From Lama guanicoe (taxonomy: Eukaryota): a DNA stretch of 58,387 nucleotides. The number at the start of each line of letters is the position of its first letter. The first letter of the stretch is position 1. Shown piece by piece: positions 49,151 to 58,387 of this stretch. The stretch covers positions 22,757,280 to 22,815,666 of the forward strand of contig MU054187.1 in the NCBI GenBank assembly GCA_013239625.1. The letters run 5' to 3'. Made by a program: the position numbers and the translations under genes. The notes below the pieces were generated by a model. The model was not told where the DNA came from. It did not search any database and worked only from the letters and a program-made list of their open reading frames with translations.

Positions 49151-50590
49151 TGGCAGTGATAGACAGGTAAGAATTGCCAGGCTTACTGTAATTGATTCAT
49201 TCCATTCCACTGGCTGTTGGTGAAGCCCTGATCCAGCAGTGGCTTGAGTATTTTCTCTGCTCTGCTTATCAGTTTTTGTTCCTGTGTTCAAGTTTCTGAG
49301 TCAAATGTTGATTCACTTTTCCAGGATGTGGGAGCTATTTTCAATATGATTGTTCAGACTTTTGCTCATTGCTTCTCTAAGCTTTGCTATTTAAGAGTTA
49401 CATGCCCGATCTAAGGGTTACAGAAGCACTGGGAATGTGACTAGTTAACTTTATTCAATAAAGCTACTTGGGTTTAACATACGTTAGTTACATTTATGAA
49501 TATCTAGACAGACAGGGAAATTGTTTTGATAAACCTTTTGAGCTCCTCTATTAAATTATGCAAGTTTATCTTAAGTTGACATATCTATCCTAATAAATAA
49601 AGTTTCAATATCAGAATGAAACTCTCAAACAGATCCTAGTTCACAGGTGCAGTTTTAGAGAAAACTTCTTAACTGCAGAGCAAGTTATACAAATTATACA
49701 AATATGTGTAGGTACATCTGTTGAGAAGCTTGGTCTCCTTTTTCAGATAAATACATACATCTTTCAAATAGAAGACCCCATTTTTGTGATTTAAAATTTA
49801 ATATACACTTAAAGAATATGTATATCTGTGGAAAGTGCTGTAAATATTTGTACATGAATATACTATTGCTTAGGTCCACGTGGCAAAAGACTGACATGAA
49901 TCAAAAATAAGATTTTTGATTATAGGTAGTATATTATTTATACATCACAGACCAATAGATATTCAAATGTGTATATACCAATCTATCATTGCCAATTGAG
50001 TCTATAAAATAGATTTATTTCTTTAATAACATATTTATAAATCAGAATTTAAATTGCTTATAAATTAACCTCACAATAAAAATTACCATTTTGAAGGACA
50101 TAAAAACTACACCTCAGAGAAACTTAGGATAAATGAAACAACAGAATTTTTTAAATTCAGAAGATAATGGCAATATTTTTGTATTGTGTGTTCATTATCA
50201 GTTAGCAAATTTGACATAAATTGAAGTAGGCACACAAATTACCATATAAGTTGCATTTCCATCTATTTCCCATATACGTATAGACAGTATACTTCATTAA
50301 TCAAAGTATGATTATATACAGGTTATATACATTCTAGTTAATTTGGATATTACTTTTAACTATTCACATAAAAATACGTATATATACAAATACACTTATA
50401 TATTAATAATTTACTTTGTTTTGCATTTATTATAGGCACATGCACATGAAATTTATAGATTGTCCTTTGAAAGGACAGATTGACCAATGACAGTATGTAA
50501 CAACATTTTGTATAAATGAGTTTTGCATTTAATCGGTTTTAATTTATATAACTATTTTGATAATCCTACATTTAAATATAAATACATGTA

Positions 50591-51056
50591 CTGGTGGAAT
50601 TCACCTGCGAAGCCATCTGGTTCTGGACTTCTGTTTGTTGGCAATTTTTAAATTGCTAATTCAATTTCAGTACAGGTAACTGGTCTGTTTGTATTTTCTA
50701 TTTCTTCCTAGTTCAGTCCTGGGAGACTGGGCCTTTCTAAGGATTTGTCCATTTCTTCCAGGTTGTCCATTTTATTAGTGTATCATCATTCATAGTAGTC
50801 TCTTATGGGCCTTTGTATTTCTGTGGTGTTGACTGTAACTTCTCCTGTTTCATTTCTGATTTGATTGATTTGGGCCCTCACCCTTCTTTTTCTTGATGAG
50901 TCTGGCTAAAGGTTTATCAATTTTGTTTACTTTTCAAAAAACCAGCTTTTAGTTCCATTGATCTTTTCTTTTCTTTTTTTTTTTACTATTTTATTTATTC
51001 TGCTCTGATCTTCATAATTTCTTTCTACTAACATTGGGTTTTGTTTATTTTTATTT
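50591..51056 (-). mobile_element. L1 ORF2 segment, inverted relative to the adjacent L1 3' end
   Basis: Reverse complement is homologous to the large L1 at ~17320-17783. Confidence 0.9.
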
Positions 51057-51772
51057 CATGGAGAACAGTAGGAAGGCTCTTTAAAAAATTAAAAACAGAA
51101 TTTCCATACGATCCTGCAATCCCACTCCTGGGAATGTATCCAAAGAAAACTCTAATTTGAAAAGATATATGCACCTCAGTGTTCATAGGAGCACTACTTA
51201 CAATAGCCAAGATAGATGCAACCTAAATGTCTATCAACAGATGACTGGATAAAGAAGATGTGGTGTATATATATATATATAGCTAAACAATGGAATATTA
51301 CTCAGCCATAAAAAGTAATTTAATAATGCCATTTACAGCAACATGGATGGACCTAGAAATTATCATATTAAGTGCAGTAAGTCAGAGGAAGACAAATATC
51401 ATATATCACTTATATGTGGAATCTAAAAAATGATACAAATGAACTTATTTACAAAACAGAAAGAGACTCACAGACATTAAAAAAAAAATTATGGCTACCA
51501 ATGGGGAAAGTCGGAGTGGGGGAGGGACAAATTAAGAGTTTGGGATTAACACAGACACAGTACTATATATAAAATAAACAACAAGGACCTACTGTATAGC
51601 ACAGGGAATTATAGTCAATATCTTGTAATAACCTATAATGGAAAAGAATATGAAAAACAATATATATACACATATGTATGTAACCTGAATCACTTTGCTG
51701 TACACCTGAAACTAACACAACATTGTAAATTAACTACACTTCAATGAAAAGAATTTAATTAAGAAAAAGAAA
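51057..51772 (+). mobile_element. L1 3' end (ORF2 C-terminus, 3' UTR, A-rich tail)
   Basis: Homologous to ~20044-20765 of the large L1. Confidence 0.93.
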
Positions 51773-52089
51773 TATATATATTACATTGTTTAAATTGAAG
51801 CATTTTTCTCTCTGGAATTAATTTATTTGAAAGGTTAATAATGTATAAAAATTATCACAGCAAATTTGGTTGTTATTATTATTATTATTATTGGTTTTTG
51901 TGATATGGAAAGGATACCTGAGTTATATCTAGAAAAATAAGCCTGTGATACACTACTACTAACTATGGAGCGGGAAGAGAGGAGCCTGTATGAAATGTAT
52001 ATTTGAGAAAAACTAAAGCATTTAAAATGTTTTTAATTTATGTGAATGTCTCAAGGGTTACTTCAGCAAAGTAACATTAGTAGTAAAGA

Positions 52090-52260
52090 TGATCGTTGAG
52101 TGGTTACTATATCCAGAAACTGTGCTAGAGTCTCTTTACATTCATTTTAAAATTTTATCATCTAACATTTGTATGAGGCATTATCATTAGCTTTACATTG
52201 TAGATTGAGATATTGAAACTAAGGCAGATCAAGTGACTTGCACAAGACGATTTAACAAAT
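52090..52260 (-). mobile_element. MIR fragment
   Basis: cattatcattagctttacattgtagattgagatattgaaact...aagtgacttgcacaaga. Confidence 0.6.
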
Positions 52261-52758
52261 ACGTGTTTTGGAAGAGAGTAAACTTATGAAGGATGTCTGG
52301 GAATTGAAACTTTCATACATCGGTCTGTCAAAGACAAGCCAGTGATTATGTTCTTGTCCTTGGAATGAATTTTAAGGGCATCCAGAATATGTTGGGAGGA
52401 TACATTTTGGGGGAGCTGAATGTGTGATTTGTTGGCATCTCTCCAGACATACACCAGAAGATACTAGCAGAGATGTTCACACAAAACCATGGAGATCACA
52501 TAGACTTGGATAAAATGAAGCAAGCCTTTTGAATTGCTTAATTTGCTGTTTCTTCCTTAATAGTCTTGTTTATTTGCATTGTCACTTTACACAGATGTAT
52601 ATATTAATTGTTTTCAAGCAAGGCCCAGTTTGATGTGAAATCATTATAATGTTAATCAGCTTTTTTATGCATGAAATATAGAAAAGAAAGAAGAAAGAGG
52701 TGAAAACTTAGAAAATAAGGGAAATTAACTAGAAAAATAAATAAAAATAAGAGCTTAT

Positions 52759-52806
52759 GTAACATTGTAAAATGACTATAACTCAATTAAACAAATGTTA
52801 AAAAAA
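52759..52806 (+). mobile_element. Minimal camelid-type L1 3' tail (~48 bp)
   Basis: aacattgtaaaatgactataactcaat plus A-tail; TSD agcttat (52752-52758 / 52807-52813). Confidence 0.8.
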
Positions 52807-54290
52807 AGCTTATTAAATTGGAATCAGAGAGGAAGTTGATCAGTACAAACTTTGAACCTTAGAAAACTTCATTTCTTATAATTGATCAAAACTACTTGTC
52901 AAAGGGTAAAAAAAAATCTAATATAGCCCCATCTGTTTAAAATCCATGAAAAATGTAGGAGTGCTTTATAACTAACTTTTATAAAGACTTCCTTGGTTCT
53001 TTGAGTTTTAAATGTGAGAATGGATCTGGGATAGTCTGTCAAGGAAGGCACAGAGAGTCCCAAGGGGCCACAGTTGGAGCGGCAAAGCGCCATACTGAGA
53101 TGGGAACCATGCGGGCGAAGGTGAGCTGGCTAGTGCAGAAAAAGATACAGGGTGAAAAACATTGAGACTTAACCAATTTGAGTCTACAGTGAGTTTAGAG
53201 TTTATAAAACTTGGTACAGAAAAATATACTCAACTGAAAAATTCTGGTGAAGTGTCCTGTGCAGAGGCAATATAATAGGAATTACTGCCAGATAAATGTG
53301 TTCCTTTTGTAATACAGCCAAGGTTTTCAATTCTGGTTATTAATGTTTTCTCGATGAAGTTGCTCTATAAATAGTTATCACTGTATCAGGCTCAAGAGTC
53401 AGTCACAGCCCTTTTGTGCGTAACCCTTTACAGTTATGGCACAAGAACTAAAATTTTTAAAAGCCTTGGAAGGTGAAACACAGAATTGAAAGGTATATTG
53501 ATAAGGATTCTAAACCTTAGCCATTGGAATGAGCCTTAATTGTTGTGGAGCAGCAAGAAAATAACAAACCCTATAGCACACCCTAGCAGAATATGGTCAA
53601 GTATAAGCAGGGGTGAGTTTATTGGTGTCTGATAATTAGAAGGTATGTTTCACCCTATGTGCACAGCGTTGGAGAGCAGTACAAACATCCTGTTGCCACT
53701 GCTACAGAAAGGGTCTTGGATATCCAGCGAAAGCACTTAGCAACCAGAAGGCTCTGGCCAGTGGGAGCCCAACGAGATGGAGTCTTCCTTTATCTAACCT
53801 AGACTCACATGTGTAATTATTCTGCTCTGTCTGTGGATTACAGTTTCCCTCTTCAGTCCTACTGCTCACTGCCGCTCACAAAGCCTCCTTCATAAAGTCC
53901 ACTGGACAAGGATACAGTTCATCTTGGTCTAGGTTTCGCCCTCAGAATGCTGTATCCGTGGAAGAAGTGTGAACACAAAGATTCCGCAGCACTCCACCTA
54001 TCAGGGAGCGCCCAGAGGGTTCTGCTTTGTGACGCCTCATGGAAAAGAATGGTCATTTGCCTCGCAAGTAGCCTCTGGGCAGCTGCCTTGGAGCCATCAA
54101 GATGCCTAAGTCTCCTCTTCCAGAAGCCATTTTATCTCACATGGTAGCTATAAGCAATGTGCCTCCCCCTCCACCTCGCAGCATCCCAAGTGAGTGGGCA
54201 GCACATGGAGGGTCTGCATTGTTTCCAATGGTACTGACTCCAGATACAAGAAACGGGGCATTTAAGGGTTGGTAGGGACTCCAGGAATTC

Positions 54291-54508
54291 TTTTTTTTTT
54301 TTTTAGTACAATCAATTTACAATATTGTGTCAGTTTCTAGTGTAGGGCACAATGTTTCAGTCATACATATACATATATATATTTCTTTCCATATTCTTTT
54401 TTATTATAAGTTACTATAAGATACTGAATATAGTTCCCTATGCTACACAGTTTAAACATGTTGTTTATGTATTTTATATACAGTAGTTAGTGTCTGCAGA
54501 TCTCAGAC
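54291..54508 (-). mobile_element. 5'-truncated L1 3' UTR
   Basis: Poly-T followed by antisense L1 3' UTR (tttacaatattgtgtcagtttctagtgta...atagttccctatgcta). Confidence 0.88.
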
Positions 54509-56245
54509 TGGGATCCTGGGAGACTTACTGATGGTAGAGTGGAAGGGAAAAAACAGAGATGCGCTAGTACTGCTTTGTCCTCCTGAAGCCAGTTCGCTTC
54601 TCTGGGTCTCCAGGATTTTACTTAGTAAAATGAGGATCTTTATAAACTCTCAGAGCTTCAGATAACAAATACTTTTAGAGAGGAGAGAAGTCAAGGGCTT
54701 AGAGAGGTCACCCAGTTCACTGGTGATCAGGCCCCTTGTTTGTGGCGGGACTTCTGGTGCCTACCAAAAGTTACTTTTACTGCCCTTTGTGAGATAAATA
54801 ATACATTTTCACCAGGAGGATTTGTATGTAAAATTTTCAAGGAAAAAAAAAGATAATTCCTATTATTTTTGCTCTGAAATTTATTCCCTTTTAATTTTGC
54901 CATCTCTGATTTATAATATTATAGGAATTATAAATATAGAGTTAAATATTTAGAAGTTTATACAATTTACATTTTCTTATTTTATATCATCAAGGTAAAG
55001 CCAGAACATTTTTCTAAAGACTTCATTTCACAGCCATCAAATTCATAGATTATTTGATCACCAATATACCGACTAATAATATGCAATAGTCCTAGAGATA
55101 ATTGAGATTGTAAAAGTCGTTAAGGTAACAGTGGTAATAATTATGATCCTTTCAACTTCAACGAAGAATTTATTATTTTAGCATTTATTGGGTAGATCTG
55201 TGGATTTTGAAAAGCTAACCCATCTATTCTTTTACCTTCCTGTGAGAGTTGACTCTTTTAAATATGTATATTTTAAAATTAATGATAGTCTCCAGGGAAA
55301 AATTTGCCACAGGTGACAACTGATACCCTTTGAAGGGGCATACTTATGTCTTGAACAGTGTTAGACAAATTCATTATGTTAAATTAAATGAATCCCTACC
55401 TATGTCACTTTAATATGCTTTCATTATTATTGTAAAAAACCTCTTGTGTGTAGTCAATATTATATTTCAATGCAAGTTGAAATAAGTATTAAATGTAATT
55501 TTGCCAAAAACCACAGTTTCTACTGTACAGAAAAAAAAAAGCCCCCTTAAGACAGTTTCTGTTTTTAGCAGCCTAGGAAGTACAGTAGTTGGGAGTTAAA
55601 AGATCAAATTAATTTAGAATCAGTGGGATGACATGTGTGCTGCCCTCTGTAGTGCCTCCCAAGGACACTTCACTTGTGCGAAGTGATTAAAAGATGAAAA
55701 ATCAGCGGCAATTTAGATCTCAGAGCTGAATAGAGCATAATGGAAAGCAGGGGAGCTCTCTCGGTTTTCCCTTCAGAGGTTCCTGCTGGATGTTCTATGT
55801 GTGACTTCTCTTTGGAGATGTGTCCTGCTTGCTCAGTAGCTGTGTCTCTGTGCTAAGTCTAGCAAGTCGACCATTTCCTTTAGCAAACTCTGATTGTCAC
55901 TGCTGAAACATGATCTCATGGAAGCCTACGTGAGGGTACTTTCAATCCATCAGATGGCTGAGCCTGAATTATAAAGGAGATAGAAATGAGAGTCATTCAA
56001 AATGCAATGGGAATAAATAGGAAGATTCCATTAAGGACCTTAAAGATAATCTAGCCATTTTTATACATTCTTGTTTATTTTGGATGAGGTTAGCTAGGCT
56101 ACATTTAGTGAGTCATGTCTACCTTCTCCATAAATTTTGTATGTGAATAACGTTTACTGAGGGCTTTCTATAAGAAGTTATGTTGTTATATATTTGGCAT
56201 GTTATAGTGTTATTTCATTTATTTCTCATAAGAACCTGTGAGCTC

Positions 56246-56805
56246 TGTGGTGGGTGGAATGATGGTCCCCAATGATGTCCACGTCCCCTGAACCTGGGAA
56301 TATGCTATACTACTGGTCAAGTGGAATTAAGGTTGCAGGTGGAATTTTTTAAAATTATTTTTATTTTTTTCTCCTTAATGGAGGCACTGGGGTTTGAACC
56401 CAGGACCTCGTGCACACCAAGCACGTGCTCTACCACTGAGCTGTACCTCCCACCCCCGGAAGTTGGAATGAAGGCTGCTAATCAGCTGATCTTGAGTTGG
56501 GAGAGTGTTCTGGATTATCTAGTGGGCCCTCCATAATCGTAAGCATCCTTAGAAGTGGAGGAGGGAGGCATGTGTGTTGGACGCAGGGTGAGAAAGGCTT
56601 GACTAGCCATCTCTGGCTTTGAAGATGGAAGGGAGACCTAAGCCAAGGAATTCGGGCAGTCCCAAGAAGCTGGAAAAGGTAATGAAATGTATTCTCCTCT
56701 AGAGCGTCCAGAAAGAATGCAGTCCTGGTGACAACTTAATTTTAGCCTGAGACCTGTTTCAGACTTCTGACTTCCAGATCTGTCACATACTAAATTTGTG
56801 TAGTA
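56246..56805 (+). mobile_element. MaLR LTR (MLT1D-like), interrupted by a SINE and cut at its 3' end by L1
   Basis: tgtggtgggtggaatgatggtcccc...ggaattaaggttgcag...gctaatcagctga...ggctttgaagatggaagg...attctcctctagagc...cagacttctgacttccaga...taaatttgtgt. Confidence 0.88.
56346..56457 (-). mobile_element. tRNA-derived SINE, camelid vic-1-like
   Basis: Minus strand ggaggtacagctcagtggtagagc (A box)...gaggtcctgggttcaaacccc (B box)...A-rich tail. Degenerate TSD gcaggtggaat / gaagttggaat. Confidence 0.85.
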
Positions 56806-58387
56806 TTTTTTTTTGCCTGTGTGTGTTTTCTTTCTTTCTTTTTTTGTTTAACATTTTTATTGATTTATAATCATTTTACAATGTTGTGTCAAATTCCAGT
56901 GTAGAGCACAATTTTTCAGTTATACATGAACATATATATATTCATTGTCACATTTTTTTCTCTGTGAGCTACCATAAGATCTTGTGTATATTTCCCTGTG
57001 CTATACAGTATAATCTTGTTTATCTGTTCTACAATTTTGAAATCCCATCAATCCCTCCCCACCCTCCACCCCCTTGGCAACTGCAAGTTTGTATTCTATG
57101 TCTATGAGTCTGTTTCTGTTTTGTATTTATGCTTTGTTTGTTTGCTTTTGTTTTTTTGTTTTTTTGTTTTTTTAGATTCCACATATGAGCGATCTCATAT
57201 GGTATTTTTCTTTCTCTTTCTGGCTTACTTCACTTAGAATGACATTCTCCAGGAGCATCCATGTTGCTGCAAATGGTGTTATATTGTCGGTTTTTATGGC
57301 TGAGTAGTATTCCATTGTATAAATATACCACCTCTTCTTTATCCAGTCATCTGTTGATGGACATTTAGGCTGTCTCCATGTCTTGGCTATTATAAATAGT
57401 GCAGCTATGAACATTGGGGTGCAGGTGTCATCCTGAAGTAGGGTTCCTTCTGGATATATGCCCAGGAGCGGGATTCCTTGGTCATATGGTAAGTCTATTC
57501 CTAGTCTTTTGAGGAATCTCCACACTGTTTTCCACAGTGGCTGCACCAAACTGCATCCCCAACAGCAGTTTAGGGGGGTTCCCCTTTCTCCACAGCCTCT
57601 CCAGCATTTGTCATTTGTGGATTTTTGAGAGATGGCCATTCTGACTGGTGTGAGGTGATACCTCATCATAGTTCTGATTTGCATTTCTCTGATAGTGATA
57701 TTGACCATTTTTTCATGTGCCTATTGATCATTTGTCTTCCTTGGAGAATTGCTTGTTTAGGTCTTTTGCCCATTTTTGGATTGGGTTGTTTGGTTGTTTC
57801 TTATTAAGTCGTATGAGCTGCTTATAAATTCTGGAGATCAAGCCTTTGTTGCTTTCATTTGCAAAAATTTTCTCCCATTCCGTAGATTGTCTTTTTGTTT
57901 TACTTATGTTTTCCTTTGCTGTGAAGAAGCTTGTAATTTTCATTAGGTCCCATTATGTTCTAGGAGTTTTGAGATGTATGTCAGATAATGTTTTGCCTAT
58001 ATTTTCTTCAAGGAGGTTTGCTGTATCTTGTCTTATGTTTAAGTCTTTGATCCATTTTGAGTTTACTTTTGTATAGTATATANNNNNNNNNNNNNNNNNN
58101 NNNNNNNNNNNNNNNNNNNNNNNNNNNNNNNNNNNNNNNNNNNNNNNNNNNNNNNNNNNNNNNNNNNNNNNNNNNNNNNNNNNNNNNNNNNNNNNNNNNN
58201 NNNNNNNNNNNNNNNNNNNNNNNNNNNNNNNNNNNNNNNNNNNNNNNNNNNNNNNNNNNNCCATTGGTCTTCTGTTTTGGTACCAATACCATGCTGTCTT
58301 GGTGACTATAGCTCTATAGTATTGTCTGAAGTCTGGGAGAGTTATTCCTCCAGCCTCTTTCTTTCTCTTCAGTAATGCTTTGCTTTG
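56806..58387 (-). mobile_element. Young camelid-type L1 3' portion running off the window end
   Basis: ORF 57172..57708 is an open ORF2 C-terminus ([17 protein letters not shown]...[10 protein letters not shown]...TMEYYSAIK); 3' UTR and T-tract at 56806-57170. Confidence 0.95.
58083..58260. other. Assembly gap (N run)
   Basis: 178 N. Confidence 0.99.

Noticed and set aside
53040..53126. Strong plus-strand donor AAG|GTGAGC in a GC-rich patch
   Set aside because: No convincing acceptor or promoter upstream; isolated donor motifs are common.
56370..56457. tRNA-like sequence with A and B boxes
   Set aside because: It has an A-rich tail and TSD and interrupts an MLT1 LTR, so it is a SINE rather than a tRNA gene.
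57172..57708. Longest ORF (178 aa) as a host gene
   Set aside because: It is the L1 ORF2 C-terminus; upstream frames are broken.

Overview
AT-rich mammalian intergenic or intronic DNA, very probably camelid (inferred from a vic-1-like tRNA-derived SINE and a recurring lineage-specific L1 3' end). I found no intact protein-coding gene, functional RNA gene or CRISPR array; every ORF with a recognisable translation is a decayed Tigger1 or LINE-1 reading frame. The window is a nested stack of transposons: a near full-length Tigger1, a ~6.3 kb L1, many truncated L1s with target-site duplications (TSDs), ERV1/ERVK/ERVL/MaLR LTRs, and MIR/L2 relics. There are two assembly gaps. The most interesting items are missed by the ORF track: (1) a gamma-type retroviral env TM remnant (CX6CC) split by the large L1, ending in a PPT and 3' LTR and fused upstream to an orphan L1 promoter; (2) a 72-bp dispersed duplication with a perfectly conserved 31-bp core; (3) an LTR with 41-bp YY1-motif repeats next to a CpG-retaining patch; (4) a textbook minus-strand exon at 40081-40214. 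Family names come from recalled consensus sequences, not a database search, and boundaries of old elements are approximate. I do not see evidence strong enough to claim a new biological system.
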